Counted from the stretch's first letter, positions 9,721 through 19,383 are shown. The stretch is 64,000 nucleotides of DNA from Spirochaetota bacterium (GCA_963664815.2 CAXXHB010000002.1:96001-160000), one strand, 5' to 3'. The notes: generated from the sequence alone by a model not told the origin. Program-made: numbers and translations.

Positions 9721-12024
9721 CCTTGTATATAAATACATATTCTTTGAAGCAAGTGAAAACGTATCATCTGGAAAATAATTGGTACCGGTTCCATCAACAG
9801 CGGTATTCCAGCATAAAAATGAATCGTAATTCCTTACTAAAACTCCTGTATTGCCCTTAACAGTAACGAGGTCACCAATCTGGTAAATAGTTGAGTCCAC
9901 CGGTGCGCTCCCTCCGGTATTTCCATTCCCGTTATAATTTACAGGAAATTTTGTCCATTTAGCATATAGTATTATATCACTTTTACCCATAATAAAGAAT
10001 GAACCTGCCGGGCGGTCTGAGCCGCTTCCATCTGCCTGAGTATTCCATCCTGCAAAACTATATCCTGTCCTGGCAAGATTTCCCGTATTGCCACTAATTA
10101 CAACCGCATCGCCATAATAGTTGTGTGAAGTTGCAGCTGGTACTGTTCCGCTTTCAGCATTGTTGGCGTTGTAGGTGAGAGCATATGGTTTTAGTACTTT
10201 AAGGGTGAGTGTTTTTGATGGTATAATATTAATACCATCTGAAATTGTCAGTGGAATTGTAACTTCTGTATCATCAGATATAGTTGAAGGTGCAGACCAT
10301 GTTATATCCACAGCAGAAGGATTGCTGACTGTACCGGCAATCGCACTCCAGGCATATGCAATAGAACGTCCATCTGGATTATAAACACTTGCTTTCAAAT
10401 CGATTGCCTCTCCCGGCTCGCAATAAGATTTACCTGTTCCATCAATATCTATCGCTCTAAGAATAGGAGTATTACAATTAACACCATCTTTATAATAATC
10501 AAAACATGGCTGATGATCATATGGTACAATTGCAGAATATGTAGCAGGGGTCATTACAGCTATATATGTCACTGAAGCCAATAAAGAACAATTTGGAAAT
10601 AGGATTATATTTAAAGGATTTGAATAACAAATTCCCAGGGTTTTACCAAACACACTGAATTTTTTGCATTCTATTAAAGGATATTTTTCTATGCAGCTTA
10701 AAAGCATTTCAGCCCAAAGTCTCAAGTCACACCTTTCTTTTATTTTCCCGTATGTTGTATATCCATATCTATAGCAACCATCATGATTTGCGCAAGCACT
10801 AGTGAATGCAAAACCACTGAGTTTATCTGCAAGATATCCACCATAAGATGAACAATTATCACATTTCGTTTTCTTATCAGTTCCGGGAATTTTATCAACT
10901 TCTACTCCATTGATTATTAGAGGAGTTGTGCGAGTGCAGGAATCTCTGTACCAGTCAGGAGCGGGATCTATATCAATTGATTTTGAAATTGCTGTTTTTA
11001 ATGAATCTCTGCATGTAATACATTCTGCGCTTGATTTGTATCGATTCGAGTTTTTATTACCTGAATCTTCATGTTTATCTGATTTATCTATCATATCAAT
11101 CATCTGTTGCTGAACATCAGCGTTCATTTCAAAGGAGTGACCGGTTTTCACTGCTTGTGAATATCCTACACAATAAATGCCGAGATACGATGCATTTATT
11201 GAAAGGGTATGAAGGTTTGTGTCTAATGACGCGTTTGTTTTAATCCATTTACCGGTAAGTGAATTAAAATAATATATATCAAGATTACCCGCATCAAGCA
11301 TCATTTTGTCTACATCGGCCTGTGTTGTAATTCCCTCTGTAATTAGCTCTGTACTACTTTTCTGCAGATTTTCATTAATTTTTGCTAATAATCCGGAATC
11401 ATAATTCATAACCAGTTTAATACTTTTCTTTAATTCAAGATCTTTAGAAGTGAAATCAACAATACTGATAACTTTTATATCGGAAACTAAATCAAGGTAT
11501 GGCTTTTTATCTTCCGTAACACTGCCATCCATGACACCTTCAACAGCCATAATAGATTCATCCGATGAAAATGAATCGGGAGGAAATGCTATTGTCGCAA
11601 GATTAGTTAACTTGATTGTTCCCCCGGTTCCGGTTGTTATATCGACTTTTGCGCTTCTCGGTCTTTTTATAGATGTTTCATTGCTTAAATTAGAATCTCC
11701 GGCGCTGTTAAATGCATAAATACGATAAGTATAAATGGTCTCATCCGGGAGAGCTTCGGTAAATTCAGTTTTATTCGGTCCAGTCGTTATCAATAAATTA
11801 TAATCCCCTCCGTTAACCGACCGCTCAATTACAAATCCGGATTCATTGTCGGAGTTGTCAGACCATTCGATAGTGACAATACTTTCATCACATTCTTTAA
11901 CACTTAAATCGGTAGGTATAGCCGGCGTATACAAAGCATTACTTCCATCAGAACCACCTCCACCGCAGGAATTTAAAATTATAACAAGAGAAAGGATTAC
12001 TGTAATAAATATTGTTTTTTTCAT
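8506..12024 (-). CDS. Large modular surface lipoprotein: Fn3 - beta-sandwich - prokaryotic phospholipase A2 domain - PKD/Ig - 2x InlB-B repeat - 7x SBBP beta-propeller
   Basis: Lipobox ILNSC followed by a Gly linker. Fn3 (WSDNSDNESGFVIERS...YRIYAFNSAGDS). PLA2 motif FTSACANHDGCY..K..CD. InlB-B repeats (GYSFAGWNTQADGSG...LYAKW). SBBP repeats (GNxYVTGxTxGNLDGQ...DMFVVKYDSSG..QWTRLLG). Start placed at ATG 12024. Confidence 0.8.
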   Translation of the reverse strand: MKKTIFITVILSLVIILNSCGGGGSDGSNALYTPAIPTDLSVKECDESIVTIEWSDNSDNESGFVIERSVNGGDYNLLITTGPNKTEFTEALPDETIYTYRIYAFNSAGDSNLSNETSIKRPRSAKVDITTGTGGTIKLTNLATIAFPPDSFSSDESIMAVEGVMDGSVTEDKKPYLDLVSDIKVISIVDFTSKDLELKKSIKLVMNYDSGLLAKINENLQKSSTELITEGITTQADVDKMMLDAGNLDIYYFNSLTGKWIKTNASLDTNLHTLSINASYLGIYCVGYSQAVKTGHSFEMNADVQQQMIDMIDKSDKHEDSGNKNSNRYKSSAECITCRDSLKTAISKSIDIDPAPDWYRDSCTRTTPLIINGVEVDKIPGTDKKTKCDNCSSYGGYLADKLSGFAFTSACANHDGCYRYGYTTYGKIKERCDLRLWAEMLLSCIEKYPLIECKKFSVFGKTLGICYSNPLNIILFPNCSLLASVTYIAVMTPATYSAIVPYDHQPCFDYYKDGVNCNTPILRAIDIDGTGKSYCEPGEAIDLKASVYNPDGRSIAYAWSAIAGTVSNPSAVDITWSAPSTISDDTEVTIPLTISDGINIIPSKTLTLKVLKPYALTYNANNAESGTVPAATSHNYYGDAVVISGNTGNLARTGYSFAGWNTQADGSGSDRPAGSFFIMGKSDIILYAKWTKFPVNYNGNGNTGGSAPVDSTIYQIGDLVTVKGNTGVLVRNYDSFLCWNTAVDGTGTNYFPDDTFSLASKNMYLYTRWSWTRLLGVSGTNTFGASIAVDSIGNIYVAGNTTGNLDGQLKSGTNDIYITKYNSSGTKQWTRLNGISGLPTYCSSVTIDSIGNLYITGCTYGNLDGQILTGARDMFVVKYDSSGVKQWTRLLGVSGVNTYGKAIITDIDRNFYITGYTFGNLDGQILTGSQDMFVVKYDSSGSKLWTRLLGTSGEVTVGKDIAVDLNGNTYVTGFTYGNLDGQILTGVCDMFVAKYNSSGSKQWTKFLGSSGLTEGNGIKQGSDGYLYITGSVRGNNLDGQILTGFYDIFVVKYDSSGTKQWTRLLGVSGSSTCGYDIAVDLSGNCYVTGSTSGSLDGQLLNGTNDAFVSKYDSSGTKQWTKLIGVSNALTAGNGIAVDLSGTCYVTGTTFGNLDGQSLTGSSDMFVTTKLNQ

Positions 12025-12192
12025 AAGTGAACACCTTCGCTCCAATAATTATTTTTTACAGAGAATTTATAATATATTTTATTATGCTCTAAACACGTAT
12101 TTGTCGAATGGGTTTTCTGTACAAGCCCGGACTGAAGAATTGTTATCAGAACTGTTCTATATAATTGCTCCATAAATTTATTCACCTTCACA

Positions 12193-13017
12193 TCAGTAAC
12201 TGCACTCCGCACAGTTTATATTATATTTATGCCACAGGTAGCACTCCACCTGCTTAACCTCGGCATCCGTCAGGCCGCGGTCATACATCACAATTTCGGC
12301 TATATACCCATTTATATATGGAGGTGATGAATTAACCGGCGATTTTCCAATAAACATTGTTGTTGACGATGTGCTTGTTATGCTTCGTGACATTACGTTT
12401 TTCACCGTTCCGTCAACCTTGAAGTTTATCATGTCAAGAGTCCCCGGAGTATAAAGACACGACACTATCCTGAATTTCTGCAGGCCGTAATCGCTGTTAA
12501 CGTAATAGTTGTCAGCATCTAAAGGTGTAACAAGAAATGAAAACCTTAGCGATTTATTCAGATTATGGAGTATAAACGGTTTGATATTGTCATCCCTTAC
12601 AAGAGAGAAAATGCCCTGAGATGTCCCCGCTTCTTCCATTCTGAAAACAATAAACGCCGCGAATCCTGCGCTGTTGCTATGTGTAAATACAGTTTTACCG
12701 GCTACTGACATGTAGTTATCGCCGTCAAAATAGACTGCGCTTTTGCCATATATCATCCCGGACTTTAGACGCGGCATGGCAGCCGAAACAGACTGAATAA
12801 CATCATTACCGCTGCCGGACTGGTCGCGCCATATGCTGACGCGGCCCAAATCATCCGTTACAACCCCCTTATCCGCCATAAGCCATACTTTACTACCCGC
12901 AGGTATATTGTAATTATATTCAGAATCATCATAATATGAGCCCCCGCCGGGTGAGCACCCGGCAGCAAGGAAGAACAGGAAAATAAATTTAAGAATATTC
13001 ACTTTCATTATCATCAC
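12193..13017 (-). CDS. LamG/concanavalin-like jelly-roll lipoprotein
   Basis: Lipobox LAAGC. WLMADKGV...WRDQSGSGND..Q....P, VYFDGDNYM, GYIAEIVMYDRGLTDAEVKQVECYLWHKYNI. Confidence 0.75.
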   Translation of the reverse strand: MMIMKVNILKFIFLFFLAAGCSPGGGSYYDDSEYNYNIPAGSKVWLMADKGVVTDDLGRVSIWRDQSGSGNDVIQSVSAAMPRLKSGMIYGKSAVYFDGDNYMSVAGKTVFTHSNSAGFAAFIVFRMEEAGTSQGIFSLVRDDNIKPFILHNLNKSLRFSFLVTPLDADNYYVNSDYGLQKFRIVSCLYTPGTLDMINFKVDGTVKNVMSRSITSTSSTTMFIGKSPVNSSPPYINGYIAEIVMYDRGLTDAEVKQVECYLWHKYNINCAECSY

Positions 13018-14564
13018 TGCCTCATAATTATTCCTGCGTAAAACTGGTGCCCCTCCACATTCTTTCCATCACTGTCCAGAGGGACAAAACCGTAATTATA
13101 TTCCGCAAAAATTCCGCTCCATTTAAAAAGCGTACACTCAAAGCCTGCCCCGCCCACAGCTCCATATGATTTATAATTATAGCTTTTATTGCCGCCGGTA
13201 TAGTCCGGCTTCCCCGATGTTGTGATATCCGAATAGAGAAACCGCGGCGATGCGGAGACGTAGAAGTCCCAGTGTTCACCGAGAAAAAGAAAACCGGCAG
13301 AATAACGGATAAAGAGATCGCATGAATACAGACTCATGGTATTTGCCCAGAATAAGGGATTCTCCACCGAGGTAAAAACAATATCATCCTGCCGGAAAAC
13401 CCTGTACATCCCCCTGAAGCCGGCATCAATTCCATGAGAAAAATAATACCTTTTCTTAAACCTCTGCCTCACTGAAAAAATATCAGCGAAAACACCGTAG
13501 CCCATTCCATACCTTTGATTCAGGGTACTGTCCCCAAGGTATGCGGCGCCGCCTCCGACCCTTATTCTCGGAAGTTTTACCGGCAGAAACCCGGCAGGTT
13601 TAAACTCGTCGCTGTCGCCGGACATCAATCCTGATGCGGAGACACTTCTTATAACAAATACATTATCCTCATTGGGATCAATTCCAGATGAGGAATACCT
13701 GATTGTAATCTCTCCTGAAACCGATTCCCCGACAACGCGATACGCATTACCCTGTTTAATAAAAATTCTGTATTTCTCCACAGACCGGCTTGATACCTTG
13801 CCGTTATTCCACTTTATGCTGAGGATATATTCATCTTCATTATCAAGGTATTCGGTTTTATACCACGATACCTCAGGTACCGGAAGTACTGTGCCATCGA
13901 GTTTTACAGTAATTTCATTACTGTATGTCGAAACATCATCTTTCATATCAACCGACCGAACCCTGAAAATGTATTCCGTGCTGTTCTCCGGTTTTTTAAA
14001 TACAAACCCGGTATAGTCCGACGCTCCGGCCGGGGTAAAATCCTTATCGCCTTTTTTTTTAACAATAATCTCAAAACGCTTCACAGCCTGCAGAGGCGAT
14101 TCCCATGAAAGAACAATATTATCACCATCCACCTTTCCGGCAAGGTTTAACGGCATTGTTCCGGATATGTTGAGAATCCTGCTTTTATCCAATTTAAATT
14201 CATCATTTACATTGAGTTTTTTTCTTAACGTTATTGTGTTAACCTCTTCATCTACCTTATATGCCGGGATTAACTCTCCCGAATTGAGCTTTATGTAACT
14301 CTTTTCTCCGGTAAACTTCCAGTAGATAGTCCTTAAAACCTTCCCGGCAGATATAAACTCGGTACCTCCGTCAGGGAGTTTAAGGGTAACACCTTTACCG
14401 GTATCGCTGATTACCCTCCCCTCAATTATAGATCCGTCTTTAAGAAAAACATGTTCGCCATACAGGGGAAGGTTTAAGCATATCAGGACAGAAAGCATGG
14501 CAGGGAGCGCCGGTGAGAATAACCGCGGGATCAGATCAGCAACAGTTTTTTTTATCTTTTTCAT
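13014..14564 (-). CDS. Exported protein: spirochaetal N-terminal small beta domains, two Fn3 domains, C-terminal outer-membrane beta-barrel
   Basis: HVFLKDGSIIEGRVI N-terminus. Fn3 motifs (LSWESP...YIFRVRSVD...S.YSNEI; FVIRSVSASGLMS). Amphipathic strands ending GIFAEYNYGF...HQFYAGIIMRQ. Confidence 0.6.
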   Translation of the reverse strand: MKKIKKTVADLIPRLFSPALPAMLSVLICLNLPLYGEHVFLKDGSIIEGRVISDTGKGVTLKLPDGGTEFISAGKVLRTIYWKFTGEKSYIKLNSGELIPAYKVDEEVNTITLRKKLNVNDEFKLDKSRILNISGTMPLNLAGKVDGDNIVLSWESPLQAVKRFEIIVKKKGDKDFTPAGASDYTGFVFKKPENSTEYIFRVRSVDMKDDVSTYSNEITVKLDGTVLPVPEVSWYKTEYLDNEDEYILSIKWNNGKVSSRSVEKYRIFIKQGNAYRVVGESVSGEITIRYSSSGIDPNEDNVFVIRSVSASGLMSGDSDEFKPAGFLPVKLPRIRVGGGAAYLGDSTLNQRYGMGYGVFADIFSVRQRFKKRYYFSHGIDAGFRGMYRVFRQDDIVFTSVENPLFWANTMSLYSCDLFIRYSAGFLFLGEHWDFYVSASPRFLYSDITTSGKPDYTGGNKSYNYKSYGAVGGAGFECTLFKWSGIFAEYNYGFVPLDSDGKNVEGHQFYAGIIMRQ

Positions 14565-14598
14565 TTTTCAATACCATATATATCATCATAGGGAATGG

Positions 14599-14654
14599 TG
14601 CATGGTACAGATGTAGGGTACAGGCATGCCTGTACCCTACATCTGTACCATGCA
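14599..14654. repeat. Perfect 56-bp palindrome with GTAG...CTAC REP-like core
   Basis: TGCATGGTACAGATGTAGGGTACAGGCA|TGCCTGTACCCTACATCTGTACCATGCA. Core GTAGGGTACAGGCATGCCTGTACCCTAC at 14613-14640. Confidence 0.85.
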
Positions 14655-14680
14655 TCACCCCACATCCGTTCCCGCGGCAT

Positions 14681-15058
14681 TTACATCCCCTTCAGCCTTG
14701 CCGTCTTCATCACATGGCCGGCCTTAACATGCATAATGCCGTCTGTTGTAAGAATTGTGAAGGTATCACCGCGTGATTTGATTATACCGTTAATAACCCT
14801 GCCGTTAAACAGTGTTATTACATCAATTTTGCCGTACTTCTCTTTCATACCCTGAAGCGTTGATGGTTCGGCTTCGCTGATTATAGAGACAGTTTTATCC
14901 ATATTCATTTTAATGAGGGAGCTGAGATTATTTGCAGATACAGTTTCACCGGTTACCCTGGCGGGTATTGCAGGCCTGTATTGATAACTGTAATAAAAAA
15001 ATGCAGACAGCAATACAGGAAGAACAGGAAGCATCTTCTTAATTATGCTCTTTTTCAT
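14681..15058 (-). CDS. Small membrane-anchored hypothetical protein
   Basis: GAGG SD and N-terminal TM helix. C-terminal DVITLFNGRVINGIIKSRGD resembles the N-terminus of the downstream gene. Confidence 0.65.
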   Translation of the reverse strand: MKKSIIKKMLPVLPVLLSAFFYYSYQYRPAIPARVTGETVSANNLSSLIKMNMDKTVSIISEAEPSTLQGMKEKYGKIDVITLFNGRVINGIIKSRGDTFTILTTDGIMHVKAGHVMKTARLKGM

Positions 15059-15471
15059 TGTTTCCTCTTTGCATCACATTACCGGCTGTGGTAATCAGTA
15101 TGAACTGAATTTTTATATATTTTATGAGTCTTAACGCACTTTATCAGTTCAGGTTTCCCATAATAGAATATAAAAAATAAATGTCCACCCCTTTTTGCTC
15201 TTTTCTGGAATTAATTTTCTCTTTTTTATAACCATTAAAGATTGAAGATATTTCAATAAATTATAAATATGGTAATAATGAAGTATTATACAGTGGAATA
15301 CTGAGTACCATATTCCCCCGATACTCCGTAAAAATCGAGAAAGGAAACAAACTTGATATAATCTTTTTTATAATAAAATTTCTTGACTCTGATAGCATTA
15401 ACAATATTATTTAGTGATAACAGAGATTAATCTGACATTTTGAAAAAATGATATATTTGGAGGATGTAAAA

Positions 15472-15858
15472 ATGAAAAATTTTATACTTATGCTGATTCT
15501 TGCCATAGCGGCTATAGGATTTATCGGATGCGGAGAAGATGATAAAACAAAAGCGGATTTAAAATGGAAAAATAATGAGGGAAGTTCAGTTTCAGAAATC
15601 CAATGGATAAACAGCAGCACTGCATCTGTAGATCAGACATGGAGTGGTACTACTGCTAATGGAAGTGAAACTGAATTCAAAGGAATTAAATCACTGGCAG
15701 GGACTGGGGAATGCGTTTCAGGTGGTGTCGGTGCAAAAATATCTTTTGATACTACTAATTCAACCGGAGTATCATCAATAAGTTCAAATTCGGCTGTTGT
15801 TACTGAAAATGCATCTGCTATGCTTATAATATCCGGCACAACACCAGTAAAAAAATAG
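15472..15858 (+). CDS. Small Ser/Thr-rich lipoprotein
   Basis: GGAGG SD before ATG 15472. Lipobox FIGC. Confidence 0.75.
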   Translation: MKNFILMLILAIAAIGFIGCGEDDKTKADLKWKNNEGSSVSEIQWINSSTASVDQTWSGTTANGSETEFKGIKSLAGTGECVSGGVGAKISFDTTNSTGVSSISSNSAVVTENASAMLIISGTTPVKK

Positions 15859-15924
15859 TATATAAATATTGCAGGATTATTTAATATAATTACATTAATA
15901 ATACATAAGTAAAAGGATTCCAAT

Positions 15925-16677
15925 TTGAAAAAATTTCTAAGTATAATCATCTTCCTTGTATTAATAAATCCTGCATATAATCAGGAGAAACATCATAAAT
16001 GGCAGAGATTTTCCGGCAACTGGAATATCTCTGATTCTAACGCATCAGAATTGAACGGCTGGACGCTTGTCTGGAATTATTATGAACTCCTCGACTACAA
16101 CACCATTATCACATTACAGCCATTAATAAATTTTAATTCAATAGATGTTAGTGCTGCTATAAATAAACGTGTCAAATCTCCATCCGAATTCATGATTTCA
16201 TTTGCAGTTACAAGTGAATCTCAATCATGGTTTTACCATATGTATGGTTTTAAGTTTACTGGTGGTTTATGGGGAATGGATAAGGTTTCTTTTATATATT
16301 CTGACCGTCTTGACAAAACAAAGCCATTCGATGCCAAAAACAACTTTTTTGTAAAAGAGCTGGCATCTGCTGACTGTAAAATAAAACATGATAAAATATA
16401 CAATTTCCATATTGCATTTGAAGGAGAAAATGTTGTTTTATTTATAAATGACGAGAAGATTCTCTCTGCTCCATTCCCTGATAAAAAATATGACGGCCGC
16501 ATTGCAGTCAGTGCACGAAATGTAAAGATTGCAGTTGATAAAGTAACAGCTAAACAAAATGATAAATTAATCTTCGAAGATGATTTTAACGAAGATTCAA
16601 TTTTTGTGAAAGTGATAAAAGTAAAAAAAGTTCCTGATAATACCAATGATAAAGTTCAGGAAAAAAATAAACCCTGA
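15925..16677 (+). CDS. Exported hypothetical protein, probable concanavalin-like beta-sandwich
   Basis: TTG start after an AAGGA SD, signal peptide, and WQRFSGNW...FHIAFEGENVVLFIND...GRIAV pattern. Confidence 0.6.
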   Translation: MKKFLSIIIFLVLINPAYNQEKHHKWQRFSGNWNISDSNASELNGWTLVWNYYELLDYNTIITLQPLINFNSIDVSAAINKRVKSPSEFMISFAVTSESQSWFYHMYGFKFTGGLWGMDKVSFIYSDRLDKTKPFDAKNNFFVKELASADCKIKHDKIYNFHIAFEGENVVLFINDEKILSAPFPDKKYDGRIAVSARNVKIAVDKVTAKQNDKLIFEDDFNEDSIFVKVIKVKKVPDNTNDKVQEKNKP

Positions 16678-16704
16678 TAACATTTTAAATTTATCATAAT
16701 TAAT

Positions 16705-16753
16705 GACTCAATCCTTATTGTCGCAGATTATAACATTAAGGGCTGAGTCTTTT
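16705..16753 (+). terminator. Probable intrinsic terminator
   Basis: GACTCAATCCTTA...TAAGGGCTGAGTC imperfect stem followed by TTTT. Confidence 0.5.
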
Positions 16754-16939
16754 AAAACACTATCCCCTCATACACCTTTATAAAACCTGCCTCTTATACT
16801 TTTTCATCAGTTTCATTTATAATTGAATCTTTTTTCTCTTTTCCACTATGCAGTACATCCTTTTTACCTAAAATACTTATTGTCATTCAATCCCTTTGTA
16901 TATTTTATACATTAAAGCTGCATTCTTACGGAGAGAAAA

Positions 16940-18388
16940 ATGAATATTCAGAACCTTAAAAAAATAAACGACTTCCTCTACGAAATTCCGGAAACTTCCA
17001 GTAAAAGTATGAATGTACCCGCAAGAATTTACGGTTCAAAGGATATTATCAACACCATGGATGAGGCTGTTTTCCGGCAGATTACAAATGTGGCAGCTCT
17101 TCCCGGTGTGGTAAATGCTGCACTCTGCATGCCGGATGGCCATTCCGGTTACGGGTTTCCCATAGGGGGAGTTGCAGCAATAGATCCCGAACATGGAATT
17201 ATATCCCCCGGCGGAATAGGTTTTGACATTAACTGCGGAGTGAGGCTTCTTACAACAAACCTTACATTTGAAGAGGTATCTCCAAAGCTTAAAACTCTCG
17301 TCGATCATCTCTTCACAGGAATCCCCTCCGGTGTCGGATCTGACGGAATACTGACACTCAGCCATAGCGATTTAGAACAGGCTATGATTCATGGCGCTGA
17401 ATGGGGGGTCAGGAGAGGATACGGCACTGAGAATGACCTCAAATGCTGTGAGGAATCGGGAAAAACAGATAAAGCCGATCCGTCTGCCGTTTCTAAAAAA
17501 GCAAGGGAACGGGGAATCGGGCAGATCGGTTCGCTCGGTTCAGGTAATCACTACCTTGAAATACAGGTGGTTCATGATGATAATATTTTTGACAGGGAGG
17601 ATGCAGCAACATTCGGAATTACCGGCAACCGACAGGTAGTTATAATGATTCACTGCGGCAGCAGGGGTTTTGGGCACCAGGTAGCAACCGATTATCTCGG
17701 CAGCTTTGCAAAGCTTCAGCAGAAGTTCGGATATAATCTTCCCGACAGGGAACTCGCCTGTGCCCCGTTTTACTCCGACGAGGGACAGAGCTATTTCCAC
17801 GCAATGAACTGTGCAGTAAATATTGCTTTTCTCAACCGCCAGGTTATAAAACACCGGGTTACGGAAATTATTTTTGATCTTTTCGGTTCAAAGAATGGAC
17901 TGAAAGTAGATGCTGTTTACGATGTCTGCCACAATACAGCCAAAATTGAAAAACATGAGATTGACGGCAAAATGAAAAAGCTTCTCATTCACAGAAAGGG
18001 AGCTACGCGCGCATTCCCGCCCGGAAGCAGGGATATCCCGGAAAGATATCTAAAAACCGGGCAGCCTGTGCTTATCGGAGGGAGTATGGAATCCGGTTCA
18101 TATCTTCTTCGCGGAACTGAATCGGGGAAGGATGCGTTTTACTCAACAGTCCATGGAAGCGGAAGGGTTATGTCGCGCCATGAGGCGAAAAAGAATTTTA
18201 ACGGAAGAGAACTGCAAAAATCTCTTGAATCCCGTGGAATATATGTTAAAACCTCATCCTTAAGCGGCCTTGCAGAAGAGGCCGGTGATGCTTATAAAAA
18301 TGTTGATGAAGTTGTCTTATCTGCCCGGAACGCCGGTCTCGGAAGTATTGTGGCAAAATTTATTCCGGTAGGAAATATAAAGGGATAG
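16940..18388 (+). CDS. rtcB: RNA-splicing/repair ligase RtcB
   Basis: MPDGHSGYGFPIGGV, GFDINCGVR, GSLGSGNHYLE, HCGSRGFGHQ, HNTAK, HRKGATRAF, HGSGRVMSR, EEAGDAYK. Confidence 0.96.
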   Translation: MNIQNLKKINDFLYEIPETSSKSMNVPARIYGSKDIINTMDEAVFRQITNVAALPGVVNAALCMPDGHSGYGFPIGGVAAIDPEHGIISPGGIGFDINCGVRLLTTNLTFEEVSPKLKTLVDHLFTGIPSGVGSDGILTLSHSDLEQAMIHGAEWGVRRGYGTENDLKCCEESGKTDKADPSAVSKKARERGIGQIGSLGSGNHYLEIQVVHDDNIFDREDAATFGITGNRQVVIMIHCGSRGFGHQVATDYLGSFAKLQQKFGYNLPDRELACAPFYSDEGQSYFHAMNCAVNIAFLNRQVIKHRVTEIIFDLFGSKNGLKVDAVYDVCHNTAKIEKHEIDGKMKKLLIHRKGATRAFPPGSRDIPERYLKTGQPVLIGGSMESGSYLLRGTESGKDAFYSTVHGSGRVMSRHEAKKNFNGRELQKSLESRGIYVKTSSLSGLAEEAGDAYKNVDEVVLSARNAGLGSIVAKFIPVGNIKG

Positions 18389-18391
18389 CTG

Positions 18392-18823
18392 ATGAATTAT
18401 GAACTTATTGAGAACATAACCTCGGCAGATATAGCCATCCGGGTAAAGGCACCATCGCTCGGACTTCTGTTTAACTACGCCGTAGCGGCCCTGATGTCAG
18501 AAATGCTGGAAGACATTAACTCCATAAAGCCCGAAATTATAAAAAATGGCTCCTTATCCGGCGAAGATCTCCCGCTTCTGTATTTTGAGTTTCTTAATGA
18601 GTTTATTTTTTTCAAAGATGCGGAGAATCTTCTGCTTCTCCCTGTAAACATTGAAGTTAGCTGCACTGAAGGTCTGTACACATTCTCATATATTCTTGCG
18701 GGTGAAAAAATCGATAAAACCTTACATAAATTCCGGGTGGATATTAAAGCTGTTACTCTTCATGAACTTAAGCTTTATGAAACCGGGGGAATTTTTATCG
18801 CCGAAACTGTTTTTGATGCATAA
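18392..18823 (+). CDS. Archease (RtcB activator)
   Basis: Starts 3 bp after rtcB. YELIENITSADIAIRV, FLNEFIF.KD, DIKAVTLHEL, and C-terminal VFDA. Confidence 0.9.
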   Translation: MNYELIENITSADIAIRVKAPSLGLLFNYAVAALMSEMLEDINSIKPEIIKNGSLSGEDLPLLYFEFLNEFIFFKDAENLLLLPVNIEVSCTEGLYTFSYILAGEKIDKTLHKFRVDIKAVTLHELKLYETGGIFIAETVFDA

Positions 18824-18900
18824 AAAGACATAATATTTTTTTTGCATTTTTCTTCTTTTTTTTAGAATTCATCCGCTTCGGTTATTTACTTTATTATCAC

Positions 18901-19383
18901 ATGATGAAAACCACAACAAAAAATATCCTGATAAAACCATTATCACAGGTATTCTTTATCTCCCTGATATTTTTCAGCCGGATATCATCTTATGCTTCAG
19001 TAATAGGTAATACTCCCGAAGAACCGCACATTACTGCAATGACCCATTTAAGCCTGTACGATCTGGTTATAAATAATATACATGCCTTTTCTCTGATAAC
19101 ATTTTTACTTGCAACTCAAAGTATTGTAATTTTTCTTCTTCAAAGAAGCAGGCTTAAACACAAAAAGCTGGAAAGAGAGCTTCAAAAGAGTGAAGAGAGA
19201 TATAAAAATCTTATTCAGGATATACACGAAGCTGTCCTTATAATAAACAATAACGGAATTGTCACATATTCAAGCAACTCAATCAACAGGCACAACGGTT
19301 CAATATCTGTCTGTAACTCACTGAAAAAAGGATCAGTTTTTAAAGATGAATTTTACTGTCGAAACTGCATCCAATGGAATTGA
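18901..19383 (+). pseudogene. Internally deleted sensor histidine kinase remnant (TM - partial PAS - HATPase tail)
   Basis: TM helix, then ELQKSEERYKNLIQDIHEAVLIINNNGIVTYSS (PAS start) joined directly to INRHNGSISVCNSLKKGSVF (HATPase end). No H-box or G-boxes. Confidence 0.6.

Noticed and set aside
14513-14855. Short plus-strand ORFs across the palindrome
   Set aside because: They are antisense to real genes and produced by the palindrome. No coding signature.
19340-19383. Programmed frameshift or TGA (selenocysteine) readthrough joining the kinase and receiver
   Set aside because: Both parts lack essential motifs, so joining them would not restore a functional protein. No SECIS-like hairpin is evident.
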